From Macrostomum lignano (Eukaryota), in contig NIVC01001057.1 in assembly GCA_002269645.1 (NCBI GenBank), positions 186,001 to 250,000 on the forward strand: a stretch of 64,000 nt of DNA, written 5' to 3'. Numbering within the stretch: the stretch's first letter is position 1; each line of letters starts with the position of its first letter. Below are positions 1-13,251 of the stretch, piece by piece. The notes beneath the pieces were generated by a model. The model had not been told where the DNA came from. It did not search any database and was given only the letters and a program-made list of their open reading frames with translations. The translations under genes and the position numbers were made by a program.

Positions 1-895
1 TACACTAATCCCAACCCTGGGAGATGCTGTTACACTAATCCCCAATCCTGGGAGATGCTGTCACACTAATCCCCAATCCTGGGAGATGCTGTTACACTAA
101 TCCCCAATCCTGGGAGATACTGTCACACTAATCCGCAACCCTGGGAGATGCTGTTACACTAATCCCCAATCCCCAATTCTGGGAGATGCTGTTACACTAA
201 TCCTAATCCTGTGAGATGCTGTTACACTAATCCCCAATCCTGTGAGATGCTGTTACACTAATCCCCAATCCTGGGAGATACTGTCACACTAATCCGCAAC
301 CCTGGGAGATGCTGTTACACTAATCCCCAATCCTGGGAGATACTGTCACACTAATCCGCAACCCTGGGAGATGCTGTTACACTAATCCTCAATCCTGGGA
401 GATACTGTCACACTAATCCGCAACCCTGGGAGATGCTGTTACACTAATCCCCAATCCTGGGAGATACTGTCACACTAATCCGCAACCCTGGGAGATGCTG
501 TTACACTAATCCCCAATCCTGGGAGATACTGTCACACTAATCCGCAACCCTGGGAGATGCTGTTACACTAATCCCCAATCCTGGGAGATACTGTCACACT
601 AATCCGCAACCCTGGGAGATGCTGTTACACTAATCCCCAATCCTGGGAGATACTGTCACACTAATCCGCAACCCTGGGAGATGCTGTTACACTAATCCGC
701 AACCCTGGGAGATGCTGTTACACTAATCCCCAATCCTGGGAGATACTGTCACACTAATCCGCAACCCTGGGAGATGCTGTTACACTAATCCGCAACCCTG
801 GGAGATGCTGTTACACTAATCCCCAATCCTGGGAGATACTGTCACACTAATCCGCAACCCTGGGAGATGCTGTTACACTAATCCCCAATCCTGGC
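1..895. repeat. Minisatellite, about 30-bp unit GGGAGATGCTGTTACACTAATCCCCAATCCT
   Basis: Direct tandem units visible; mirrored at 36234-38383. Confidence 0.95.
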
Positions 896-1990
896 AGGTC
901 CCTCAGCATATCTGTGCCGAAGCCCCTGCCAATGTGATTGCAGACGCCGCTCAGTCAAAGAACTTTTCGACTTTGTCATTTTTTTAGAAATGGGCTCCGG
1001 AATAAATTGCGTCAATATGGAAGAAAAAATTATGCAAATTTTGGTTTGTGGTTTTGGCCGATCGCTGGGTGTGATTGACAGGGCGATCTTTGCGGCAAGA
1101 AAGCAGCCCGGGACTGCTTATCGATGTCAAGCCGCTGCAGCACCCGGTGCTCTGGGGGGGGGAGTTGGGAGTTCGGCCGCTCCTGGTCGGAGCTGCTGAG
1201 CCATAAGAAGCGGTCGCGGTCCACGTGGGCCGCCATGAGCAGTCACGGGAGCGGCCAAGCGAACCGCCGCTGGCAGCTGGGCGGTCCCCGGGGAGGCTGA
1301 GGATGAGGCGCTGCTAGTGTGTATATATATGAATAGTTTAGCCCGTGTTCACCGGCTCGGGGATTCGAATTCTCTATTCGAGTCCCTCCCTATATACACG
1401 AATTTCTGGTCCGGCTAGTCCACTCCCCCTAGGGATAATTCTCCCCTAAACCCTGCAGAAGCTGGGGATCATTGGGCATCAATCACCCGCCCCCAGCCGC
1501 TCAACAGTTGGCCTCAAGGAGTGGATTGTAGCCGTCTTGAGCAGCTGAGGCTGGTGGGGAGAGAGACCTGAGACATGCCTTGGCGCCGTAATTGCAGTCA
1601 TTCTTCTTCAGCAGAGACTTCGAGTCTGCTATAAGTTGCGTCTCCCCCCCCTGGCTCGGCGCCTCTCCCACTGGGAAGTCATAAATTTGCACCGATCCCG
1701 GCAAAGCAAGGAGGGCTGGGGATTCAGTGAGCTGCCATCGCCTCCCAGAGCAGGTGGCGCAACCCCGCTGAGCTGCGAATTCGAACTGCAGTTGTTATGA
1801 ATCGGGTTATTCGAAAATATTGAAAGCAGAGATTCGAGAGCGAGAAGAGCCGCTTCCTGTGCGGAAGCTGGCAGGACTCGGCGCTTGTCTGCCGGAATTT
1901 CTGCGAACTGAAGGAGCTGTCAGAGTTCAGATTGGGTCGGCCTTGAGTTCGGAAAAATTAATGACTTGTGCGATTTGGTGTTGGAACTCG

Positions 1991-2499
1991 GAAACAGCAC
2001 CCCAAACAGCACCCCAAACAGCTCACCAAACAGCTCACCAAACAGCTCACCAAACAGCTCACGAAACAGCACCCTAAACAGCTCACCAAACAGCTCACGA
2101 AACAGCTCACCAAACAGCTCACCAAACAGCTCACCAAACAGCTCACTAAACAGCTCACCAAACAGCTCACTAAACAGCTCACCAAACAGCTCACCAAACA
2201 GCTCACCAAACAGCTCACTAAACAGCTCACCAAACAGCTCACTAAACAGCTCACCAAACAGCTCACTAAACAGCTCACCAAACAGCTCACCAAACAGCTC
2301 ACCAAACAGCTCACCAAACAGCTCACTAAACAGCTCACCAAACAGCTCACTAAACAGCTCACCAAACAGCTCACTAAACAGCTCACCAAACAGCTCACTA
2401 AACAGCTCACCAAACAGCTCACCAAACAGCTCACCAAACAGCTCACCAAACAGCTCACCAAACAGCTCACCAAACAGCTCACCAAACAGCTCACCAAAC
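1991..2499. repeat. Minisatellite, 12-bp unit AAACAGCTCACC
   Basis: Tandem units; source of the LTKQ/SSPN/GELF repeat ORFs. Confidence 0.95.
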
Positions 2500-3662
2500 A
2501 ATTTCGGGTTTTTCCGGATTAAATTGACAGTTTCGTGGTGCTTTCGCAATTTTTGAATTTTAGAATTCCAAAATTTCATTTTCCTTAAATTTCACAATCC
2601 TCAACTTTCAAAATCTCAAACTTCAAAATCCTCAAAATTGGGAATCGTGAAAGCACCGCAAATTTGTCAATTCCTGAAGAAGCGACCCCAGAAAAAACGC
2701 AAAGATTCGTGCAGGAAGGAATGAATCACTCTGTGAGCAGCCATGCCCCCCCTAGCGACTCACCGCTGGCCGAATCCCAAGATCCCCATCACATCCCAGA
2801 TTCCGTATACAAAGAATCCCCACCCGGAGCCGCGGCCGGCTCATTGCTACGCATAATGCCGACTCGGGCGGGAAGAATTTCCCCATACTATGAAAAAGTT
2901 AATTTGGAATCGATGGCCGGCGGAGATAGGGGCCGTCGCATAGGGCTTCTCCTGCTTCTCCTGCTTCTTCTGCTTCTTCTGCTGGCTCTGCTAGAAGCAG
3001 GCGGAGCGAGCATTTATAAGCTTCAGCGGCCCCTCCCCGCCGCCGGAGTCGCCATTATCTTAATGAGATCGCGGCGGCGTCAAAAATTGCTGCTTCTCTC
3101 TTGCAGGAGGGCGACTCCCAGCCCGCCTGCTTCTCCCAGACTCCCGCCCAGCCGCCTCATCAGGAGCCGCCGCAGCAGATAAGACAGACGAGCGACCAGA
3201 GACAGAAAGAACAATTGAGAGCAAAAAAATTGATTCCATAATTAACCTCGCGCGCTCTGCCGCGTCAGAATCTCAAATTCTAAGAAATGCATTGCGGGTT
3301 GAGCAGCCAGTTGGGATGAGGCTGGGGGGCCGTGACTGGAAATCCATCAACTGCTGCACGCCGGGCGCCACGTGGCCGATGCCAGCTGCCGGCGGGCGGC
3401 AACTCCAGCCAGGCGGAGAGCAGCAGAGCCGTCAGGTGGCCGAGGGGAGAAAGTTTTACGGAGCTGGCATCTTCTTAGCTCCCCGCCGGGGTTGATGGAG
3501 CCGCACTTCATTTTCCCCGCTCTCCCCTCGCTGCCATCGTCTCAGCCGGCGCACGTGGCCGCTCCATCCTGCTGTCAGCCGCTGCTCAGCCGCTGCTCCG
3601 CCCCGCTGCCATCCGTCAGCTCCAAGCGGAGACAAAATTTAAATTGCGAATTTGAAGGCTCA

Positions 3663-5200
3663 GGACTGGCTGCCAGTGAGCAGAGCAGTGGATTGCTAGT
3701 CTGGTCTCCGTGAATGAGGGACTGGCACTGTGAGCAGAGCAGTGGATTGCTAGTCTGGTCTCCGTGAATGAGGAACTGGCTGCCAGTGAGCAGAGCAGTG
3801 GATTGCTAGTCTGGCCTCCGTGAATGAGGAACTGGCTGCCACTGAGCAGAGCAGTGGATTGCTAGTCTGGTCTCCGTGAATGAGGAACTGGCTGCCACTG
3901 AGCAGAGCAGTGGATTGCTAGTCTGGTCTCCGTGAATGAGGAACTGGCACTGTAAGCAGAGCAGTGGATTGCTAGTCTGGTCTCCGTGAATGAGGAACTG
4001 GCACTGTGAGCAGAGCAGTGGATTGCTAGTCTGGTCTCCGTGAATGAGGAACTGGCACTGTGAGCAGAGCAGTGGATTGCTAGTCTGGTCTCCGTGAATG
4101 AGGAACTGGCACTGTGAGCAGAGCAGTGGATTGCTAGTCTGGTCTCCGTGAATGAGGAACTGGCACTGTGAGCAGAGCAGTGGATTGCTAGTCTGGTCTC
4201 CGTGAATGAGGAACTGGCTGCCAGTGAGCAGAGCAGTGGATTGCTAGTCTGGTCTCCGTGAATGAGGAACTGGCTGCCAGTGAGCAGAGCAGTGGATTGC
4301 TAGTCTGGTCTCCGTGAATGAGGAACTGGCTGCCTGTGAGCAGAGCAGTGGATTGCTAGTCTGGTCTCCGTGAATGAGGAACTGGCTGCCAGTGAGCAGA
4401 GCAGTGGATTGCTAGTCTGGTCTCCGTGAATGAGGAACTGGCTGCCAGTGAGCAGAGCAGTGGATTGCTAGTCTGGTCTCCGTGAATGAGGAACTGGCTG
4501 CCTGTGAGCAGAGCAGTGGATTGCTAGTCTGGTCTCCGTGAATGAGGAACTGGCTGCCAGTGAGCAGAGCAGTGGATTGCTAGTCTGGTCTCCGTGAATG
4601 AGGAACTGGCACTGTGAGCAGAGCAGTGGATTGCTAGTCTGGTCTCCGTGAATGAGGGACTGGCACTGTGAGCAGAGCAGTGGATTGCTAGTCTGGTCTC
4701 CGTGAATGAGGAACTGGCACTGTGAGCAGAGCAGTGGATTGCTAGTCTGGTCTCCGTGAATGAGGAACTGGCTGCCTGTGAGCAGAGCAGTGGATTGCTA
4801 GTCTGGTCTCCGTGAATGAGGGACTGGCTGCCAGTGAGCAGAGCAGTGGATTGCTAGTCTGGTCTCCGTGAATGAGGAACTGGCACTGTGAGCAGAGCAG
4901 TGGATTGCTAGTCTGGTCTCCGTGAATGAGGAACTGGCTGCCAGTGAGCAGAGCAGTGGATTGCTAGTCTGGCCTCCGTGAATGAGGAACTGGCACTGTG
5001 AGCAGAGCAGTGGATTGCTAGTCTGGTCTCCGTGAATGAGAAACTGGCACTGAGCAGAGCAGTGGATTGCTAGTCTGGCCTCCGTGAATGAGGAACTGGC
5101 ACTGTGAGCAGAGCAGTGGATTGCTAGTCTGGTCTCCGTAAATGAGGAACTGGCACTGTGAGCAGAGCAGTGGATTGCTAGTCTGGTCTCCGTGAATGAG
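3663..5200. repeat. Minisatellite, 54/56-bp unit GAGCAGAGCAGTGGATTGCTAGTCTGGTCTCCGTGAATGAGGAACTGGC(ACTGT/TGCCAGT)
   Basis: Contiguous near-identical units with no spacers; period 54 measured at 3961/4015. Confidence 0.95.
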
Positions 5201-5465
5201 GAAAAATTCCAAGAAACGTAGTTTCCCGACCTTCTGCCTGAGCAGTCCTTGGGTTAAATTTAAAACCAAAGCGCTTCAAAGCCGCATTGAAACTGACAGA
5301 GCGGCCCCAGCCAGCACGGGCTGCGAGGCCGCTGCCGCATGGCTCACCAAAAAACTGATCAATAACATGCTTGGCATCTCCGGCCTCACAGATCCCCATA
5401 AACAAGCTCAGAAATTTCTGCTTCTGAAACTGGGATCGAACAACGATTGACGAGTCAAATCCCCG

Positions 5466-6018
5466 AGATAAGGAAGAGCAGCTCGGGCTGAGGGGGTGGC
5501 CGAGAAAATCGAACCCCGATCCGCTTATCTCCCAAAACAGGCGCGCCTAATCCCCATTTTTGCGCTGCCGCAGTCCCGCTCCCAGCCTCTCCCCCCCCCC
5601 CCAGTTCCTCGAACCGTCTCACACTTTCTCACTTTTCCCATTTCTCCTCTTCCCCAGCCCGCTGTCCGGGTTGGCCGGGAATTCGGGATTTCTCCCCCGG
5701 CCAGCCAATCGGCCGGCCCCCCGCCGCGCCCCCCCCCCGCTGACGGGAGATCAGTTAAGGCCGCTTATCGCCGGCGCGGAATAAAACCAGCGGTGCGTTG
5801 CGGCAGCCGATTTCGCTCCCAGACTCGCCCGGCAGCCCCAGTCGATAAGCGGCAGATAAGCATTTATCAGGCAGCGGCCGCAGCCAGATAGCCACCGCCC
5901 AGCAGCAGCAGACAGAAGCCGCCTGCAGACGCCTACACTGTGTATAAATACAACAAGCCGCCACCTCCCCCGCGAACTGCAGCACTGCCTACGGCACTCG
6001 CTAAACTTTTTTGTAAGT
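5466..6018 (+). promoter_or_regulatory. Putative GATA gene promoter and short non-coding first exon (left copy)
   Basis: Seven GATA-type sites (5466, 5525, 5765, 5843, 5854, 5864, 5886), CCAAT 5705, TATAAATA 5943, donor GTAAGT 6013-6018; matching acceptor CAG just before the ATG at 8374. Confidence 0.55.
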
Positions 6019-6235
6019 TAATAATAACAATAGAATAATAGGCTTTGTTTAACTGAACATCCATCTGCGTTAGGCAGAGAATCTTCCCAGGTTTCTTTGC
6101 AAAAGCAGATTTTCCTGAGCATCTGCGGCTGGCTGAAGCTCGCCATGGCGACTTGCTTGGTAATTTACGATTTGAAATGACCGACTTGGTCTTTCGGCTG
6201 CACTTCTGTTTCGTTTTCAGGAGTTACAAGAGCCC

Positions 6236-6680
6236 CTATTCCCTCTGCTGATACACCAATTCCCTCTGCTGGCACCCCAATTCCCTCTGCTGGCACCCCA
6301 ATCCTCTCTGCTGGCACCCTAATCCTCTCTGCTGGCACCCTAATCCTCTCTGCTGGCACCCTAATCCTCTCTGCTGACAACCCCAATTCCCTCTGCTGGC
6401 ACCCCAATTCCCTCTGCTGGCACCCCAATTCCCTCTGCTGGCACCCCAATTCCCTCTGCTGGCACCCCAATCCCCTCTGCTGACACCACAATCCCCTCTG
6501 CTGGCACCCCAATCCCCTCTGCTGGCACCCCAATCCCCTCTGCTGGCACCCCAATCCCCTCTGCTGGCACCCCAATCCCCTCTGCTGGCACCCCAATCCC
6601 CTCTGCTGACACCACAATCCCCTCTGCTGACACCACAATCCCCTCTGCTGGCACCCCAATCCCCTCTGCTGGCACCCCAT
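6236..6680. repeat. Intronic minisatellite, 21-bp unit CCCTCTGCTGGCACCCCAATC (mirror 31260-31704)
   Basis: Tandem units; 7-aa periodic ORFs. Confidence 0.93.
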
Positions 6681-7362
6681 GCCTTCGTCCCAAACCACTA
6701 CGAGCGGATGTGAAGTTCAAGCACAGAATCTCATTTAAAAATAAATTCCCCATTTCTAACACCTCCCTTCCTATAGCTCAGGTCCCAGGACTCGCAGGAC
6801 TCAGCATAGAAACGGTCCACATAGCAACAGACCAGGGGGCTTCCACTTGTGTGTTCGTTCCGTGAAAATTCGTTCCGTGGGAATTTCGTTCACGGAAGCT
6901 CTTTATGACTGCGATTATGCTAATGAGCCGTGAGCCCAGCTGCAGCAGCGCGGGGATGCGGCAGCTTCGGGTTGCCGGGCCCGGCCAAGTCAAGCGCGAA
7001 GTCCCCTCTTCTCCCTTCGTCTCCCAGCTTTCTGCTCAAAATATTTTACTGCTTCCATGCAGAAGCCGGCGAGACTTGGGAATTTTATTGGGCCGAGGGA
7101 CCGGCAGGGGGAGGCGATGGGATAAAAATCCCCACTTTCATTTTATACGAAGGGGTGGAGAAATTTATGCCCGGCAATGAGCAGAGAATTAGTCAGGTGA
7201 AAGAAAGCATTTTATGAGAGGATGAGGGGTAAGCATGGGGACTCGGTCAGGGACGCCTCAGACTAGAGCTCTGGACTGGAAACTGAGCTGTGACTTTCAT
7301 CAACTTTAGGCCTGTGGTGAATTTTGCTCACTTACAGCATATTGTGCCTGTAGAGAGCTGTG

Positions 7363-7616
7363 AACACCTGTCCAGAGCAGGGGAACACCTGTCCAGAGCA
7401 GGGGAATACCTGTCCAGAGCAGGGGAACACCTGTCCAGAGCAGGGGAATACCTGTCCAGAGCAGGGGAACACCTGTCCAGAGCAGGGGAATACCTGTCCA
7501 GAGCAGAGGAACACCTGTCCAGAGCAGAGAAACACCTGTCCAGAGCAGAGAAACACCTGTCCAGAGCAGGGGAATACCTGTCCAGAGCAGAGAAACACCT
7601 GTCCAGAGCAGGGGAA
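7363..7616. repeat. Intronic minisatellite, 21-bp unit ACCTGTCCAGAGCAGGGGAAC (mirror 30324-30577)
   Basis: Tandem units; 7-aa periodic ORFs. Confidence 0.93.
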
Positions 7617-8373
7617 GCTGGCAAGGCTGACTAAACTTCAGCTTTTTGGCTTGAGGCGTCCCTAGTTCCATTTTTTGAGTGTCCCACAGCCTTCTGTGCC
7701 AGCAGTTCAAGCACTTGCCTTAATTGCTCAAAGCATGGAGCAACACGGTATTACATGTACCAAAGTTGATACAAGTTCATGTGGGATTTCAGAGCAGCTG
7801 GTGCAGTCAAACGGAGCTCCAGATATTCTGTTTAGAGCTCCCTGACTCTGGAGGACAAATTCTGCAACAGATGGGATCAGGGAGCGCCGACTCTGCTGTG
7901 TCTCAGGGCGGGATTTTATGCGTCCATAGAGTGGGATTAAACTGACAACCGGCCGCTTTTATCCCCTCCCGATTCCCCACAAATATTAAATCCCCATCTA
8001 TTCAATTCCAACCCGTGTCAGGTTGAAAATCTGCTTTTGTAGGTGAATTTGTTGATTTTTCAGCAATGACACGCATCCGACGCGCCCCCATTGTGTTGGG
8101 AAAATTCTGGCTGTCTGGGCTGCTGCTCCCGTCACCTACACATGCTGATCTCAGCTCACCCCCTGCCACCGTCTCCTTTCTCTCCATCTCTCTCTTTCTC
8201 CCTCTCCCCTTCTATCTCCTTTGTGACTCGTTCGCGTATTGTATTTTTCTCCATCTCTACTCAATCTCCATCGCTCCCTCTCCATCTCTACTCGATCTCC
8301 ATCTCTCCCTCTCCATCTCTACTCAATCTCCATCTCTCACACTCGCCCCCCTCCTGGCCTCCGTCCGTGCAGC

Positions 8374-11300
8374 ATGGAGATCCTCCAGGCGCACTCCGGC
8401 AGGGACTGCGGCGCGGTGCAGCAGCCCCCCTACTCCTGGCACCACCGGACCGTCGGTGGAGACGTCGAAGATCCCTCTTCGGCTGCTGCAGCTACAGCGG
8501 CCGCCACCGCTGCCGCCGCCGCAGCCGCAGCGGCAGCCGCAGCTGCCGCGGCCACGACAACGACAGCATCGTCTGCAGCTGCGGCAGCGACCGCAGAGTC
8601 GGACTGCTCCGGAGTCAGCCAGTCTGCTGGCCAGCGCCTGACTGACAGCGGCGACGAGTCTCCTGAGAAGTTCATCCAGCAGCAGCATCAGCAGCACCTG
8701 GCCGGCGGCGGCTGCGCAATGCCGCATCACCACCAGGAGTCCGGCCTGTTCGGCGGCGGCGCCTACATGTCCGGCCAGGGCCAGCCAATCAAAGCGGAGC
8801 TCGGGCTGGGCCAGGGTGAGTCTGGAGCTCCCGTCAGGATTCCCAATTGCAGATCCCAACTGGCCCGTTCCTCACTAGAAAATGGCCGCGACCGTAGCAA
8901 CAAAGGAATAATAAACGAATCTCTCATTAAAATGTGTGCAACAAACTAAATAGAAAACCAGCCCTGAACCATTGTGTCTCACAGTACTCACAGTACTCAC
9001 AGTACTCACAGTACTCACAGTACTCACAGTACTCACAGTACTCACAGTAGTCACAGTATTCACAGTACTCACAGTACTCACAGTATTCACAGTACTCACA
9101 GTAGTCACAGTATTCACAGTATTCACAGTACTCACAGTAGTCATAGTCCCCACAGTACTCACAGCAGTACATTACCTTCTTCCATCGCGCAGACGCCATT
9201 GGCTACCCGGTGGGCATCCAGACCTGCTGGTCGAACTTCCCTGACCCGGCGGCGCAGCAGCACCAGCTGCAGCAGTACCAGCAACACCAGCTACAGCACC
9301 AGCTGCAGCACCAGCACCACCAGCAGCACCTGCAGCACAGCAGCAGCGGCGGCAGCGGCGGCAGCGGCGGCAGCAATGGCTTTGGTTTCGCTTTCGGTCA
9401 CCAGCCAAACTCAGAGGCCGGCTTCCCGGGCTCGTATCCCGCCAGCTTCAGCTCCCCCTACCAGCCCTACTTCCCGGCAGCCGCAGCGGCCGCCGAATAC
9501 GCCAGGAACCCGCTGGGGATTCACCCGTCACTGTTCCGCATGAACCCGCAGCACCAGCACCACCAGCACCACCAGCACTATCCAGGACACCTGGTTGGAC
9601 GCCTGCACCAGTTTAAGGCTCGGGCCAGGAACGCCTCGGGTGAGAATTTCGTAGCTTGATCTCATGGTGTGATCTCAATGGTGTGATCTCATAGTGTGAT
9701 CTCTTATTGTGATCTCATAGTGTGATCTCATAGTGTGATCTCATAGTGTGATCTCATAGTGTGATCTCATAGTGTGATCTCATAGTGTGATCTCATAGTG
9801 TGATCTCATTGTGTGATCTCATAGTGTGATCTCATTGTGTGATCTCATAGTGTGATCTTTCAGAGTGATCTCATAGTGTGATCTCATAGTGTGATCTCAT
9901 AGTATGATCTCATAGTGTGATCTCATAGTGTGATCTCATAATGTGATCTCATAGTGTGATCTTATAGTGTGATCTCATAGTGTGATCTCATAGTGTGATC
10001 TCATAATGTGATCTCATAGTGTGATCTCATATTGTGATCGCATCTTAGAGCGCAATCTCTTCCAATTGAATCCCATAGAGTGATCCCATGGACCAGCGAT
10101 CCTATTGCATAATATTACAGTATGTGTCCCCGTGCCATCATCCTTCAGCACTCACTGCCGCACAACCCCACAGAGAGTCGCGAGTGCGTGAACTGCGGTG
10201 CCACGGCCACCCCACTGTGGCGCCGGGACGGAGGTGGCCACTACCTGTGCAACGCATGCGGCCTGTACCATAAGATGAACGGGCAGAGCCGGCCGCTCAT
10301 CAAGCCAAAACGGCGCATGGTGAGCAGGGGCTCGAATCTTTTCGATCACTCCCGATCCGTCACTCACAATCCGTCACTCACAATCCGTCACTCACAATCC
10401 GTCACTCACAATCCGTCACTCACAATCCGTCACTCACAATCCGTCACTCACAATCCGTCACTCACAATCCGTCACTCACAATCCGTCACTCACAATCCGT
10501 CACTCACAATCCGTCACTCACAATCCGTCACTCACAGTCCGTCACTCACAATCCGTCACTCACAATCCGTCACTCACAGTCCGTCACTCACAGTCCGTCA
10601 CTCACAATCCGTCACTCACAGTCCGTCACTCACAGTCCGTCACTCACAGTCCGTCACTCACAATCCGTCACTCACAGTCGGTCACTCACAATCCATCACT
10701 CTTAGTCCGTCACTCACAGTCCGTCACTCACAATCCGTCACTCACAGTCCATCACTCACAATCCGTCACTCACAGTCCGTCACTCACAGTCCGTCACTCA
10801 CAATCCGTCACTCACAGTCCGTCACTCACAATCCGTCACTCACAGTCCGTCACTCACAGTCCGTCACTCACAGTCCGTCACTCACAGTCCGTCACTCACA
10901 ATCCGTCACTCACAGTCTGTCACTCACAGTCCGTCACTCACAATCCGTCACTCACAGTCCGTCACTCCTACCCACACGCAGTCGGCGCAGCGCCGCGCCG
11001 GCACGACCTGCTCGAACTGCGCCACCACGCAGACGACTTTGTGGCGCCGCAACCACAAGGGCGAGTCGGTGTGCAACGCCTGCGGCCTGTACTTCAAGCT
11101 GCACCAGGTGGACCGGCCCATCAGCATGAAGAAGGACTCAATCCAGTCGCGCAACCGCAAGAGCTCCATCAAGAGCAAGAAGAAGAAGGAGCTGGACGCG
11201 ATGAGCGACCTGATGCGCAGCGCCATGCACAGCTTCCAGTTCCCGGCGGCGAACTACTTCGGTGGAGGCGCCGGCAGTGGCGCTAGCGCCGGCACCGTCA

Positions 11301-11548
11301 GCGGCTTGGAGAGCGCCGCTCCGGGAAGCCACTTTAGTCACGTGACTTCGGGGCTGCCTGCGCTGCCACCGCCGCCGCCACCGCAGCACCAGCAGCAGCA
11401 GCCGCCGCCTCCACCTCCGCCACCACCGCCCCCGCAGCAGCCGCAGCAACAGCCGCCGCCGCCGCCGCCGCCGCGGTACCCGGCATCCACAGCAGGGATT
11501 CTGGGAGGCGCCTTCGTCAGCGGCGACCTCCTTTCGGGCCTGCTGTGA
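8374..11548 (+). CDS. gata123: GATA1/2/3-class double zinc-finger transcription factor, 533 aa; exons 8374-8815, 9193-9639, 10174-10319, 10982-11548
   Basis: GT-AG junctions join in phase (1,1,0), total 1602 nt. Finger 1 [48 protein letters not shown]; finger 2 [38 protein letters not shown]...IQSRNRK. ATATPLW, NGQ, RRAGT and RNRK are typical of GATA1/2/3 rather than GATA4/5/6. Confidence 0.92.
8978..9166. repeat. Intronic 9-bp tandem repeat CACAGTACT (mirror 28628-28807)
   Basis: Tandem units in the first coding intron of GATA. Confidence 0.93.
9656..10040. repeat. Intronic 13-bp tandem repeat GATCTCATAGTGT (mirror 27778-28138)
   Basis: Tandem units in GATA intron. Confidence 0.93.
10354..10966. 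repeat. Intronic 14-bp tandem repeat CCGTCACTCACA(A/G)T (mirror 26925-27467)
   Basis: Fills the intron between the two zinc-finger exons. Confidence 0.93.
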
Positions 11549-11949
11549 AGCCCGACTGATAATTGTGCAAATATTTACTACTTGAACTGACTACTGCAAG
11601 TAGGGACGGTGGCGCAGTTGTGGATAACAAAAAAGCATAAAAATGGAGTCTTGATGTTCACACAGCATGCACACGTCAAGCGCACATTTAATTTTCTTTT
11701 TTTACGTTTACACTGCGTACTTTTGATGCTTTCTTGCAATGTGTACTGAGTTTTAATTTTACAGTATTTATTTACTTGTTATTTAATATGAGCAGTGTAA
11801 AACTTATACTTGAGTGTGAGTGTTGTTTGTGCGGGCTAATATATATGAAACAATTTGTGTATCTTTGGGAATTTTATTGCCAGCTCCTGGGAGTGCCGAC
11901 TGACTGGGTTTATTTTAGTTGAAAATTTCACTCAACTGCTTTGTGTCAG

Positions 11950-12724
11950 AGAATGTGTTAGAGATATAATTCGTTAGACAAGGGATGTGTTAGGCAGATA
12001 ATGTGTTAGACAGAGACTGTGTTAGGCAGATAATGTGTTAGACAGAGAATGTGTTATAGAGAGATACTATGTTAGACAAATCATGTGTTAGACAGGAATG
12101 TGTTAGAGATATAATTCGTTAGACAAGGGATGTGTTAGGCAGATAATGTGTTAGACAGAGACTGTGTTAGGCAGATAATGTGTTAGACAGAGACTGTGTT
12201 AGGCAGATAATGTGTTAGACAGAGAATGTGTTATAGAGAGATACTATGTTAGACAAATCATGTGTTAGACAGGGAATGTGTTAGAGATATAATTCGTTAG
12301 ACAAGGGATGTGTTAGGCAGATAATGTGTTAGACAGAGACTGTGTTAGGCAGATAATGTGTTAGACAGAGAATGTGTTATAGAGAGATACTGTGTTAGAC
12401 AAATCATGTGTTAGACAGGGAATGTGTTAGAGAGATAATTCGTTAGACAGGGAATGTGTTAGACAGAGACTGTGTTAAGACAAATAATGTGTTAGACAGA
12501 TAATGTGTTAGAGAGATACTGTGTTAGACAAATCATGTGTTAGACAGGGAATGTGTTAGAGAGATACTGTGTTAGACAAATCATGTGTTAGACAGGGAAT
12601 GTGTTAGAGAGATACTGTGTTAGACAAATCATGTGTTAGACAGGGAATGTGTTAGAGAGATAATGTGTTAGACAAATCATGTGTTGGACAGAGAATGTGC
12701 TAGACAGAGAATGTGCTAGACAGA
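11950..12724. repeat. Composite repeat built on TGTGTTAGAC(A/G)GA units (mirror 25138-25942), between the GATA and Pax 3' ends
   Basis: Higher-order tandem structure visible. Confidence 0.88.
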
Positions 12725-13251
12725 GCATTCTCCGATACAAAGCTTAGAAAGAATTAGGAAAATACGCTTTTATTCTACTTTAAGTAGGCCAATACGGACA
12801 AATTTAGAAAGGAAAAATGACTACAGGAAAAATGCATCATTGGATTCAGTTGGCTTATCGCTGAACAGGCGGCCTCTTGCAGAAGAAGAATACAGATATT
12901 CCAGCGTATATTTTGCAGACTTTGCTACACACTAAATGTATAGAGAGCTGCATATCTGAGAGAAACCCCAGTAGTATCTTAGCATTGCAGAGCGCGTTTT
13001 ACAGCTGAGGAAACGAGAGTCCGGCGGTGAAAGTTCAACAAGTGGCTACAGGCAAGAACATCAACAGGCGACTAAAAGAAGTTTGAAAAACAAGAACAAC
13101 AACAAAAAGTGACGACAAAAAAGCAGAAATTGACAGGCTGAGGAGGGCGGAGAGGCTGATTGCAAACACTGGGACTAGGTAGACAGAAAAGTGCGGAGTG
13201 GACAAGCAGCGGCAGAGGCAACATCGCGCAGTGGCAGTCAGGCAGGTTGGG

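Noticed and set aside
1920-2579. Long ORFs with LTKQ/SSPN/GELF periodicity (also 34309-35208)
   Set aside because: Translations of a 12-bp tandem repeat that is open in several frames on both strands
3663-5200. CRISPR-like array of 54-56 bp periods
   Set aside because: Units are contiguous and near-identical with no unique spacers, there are no cas genes, and the context is eukaryotic
10320-11129. His/Ser/Thr repeat extension of the GATA finger-1 ORF
   Set aside because: Read-through into an intron; GT at 10320 and AG at 10981 splice the fingers in frame
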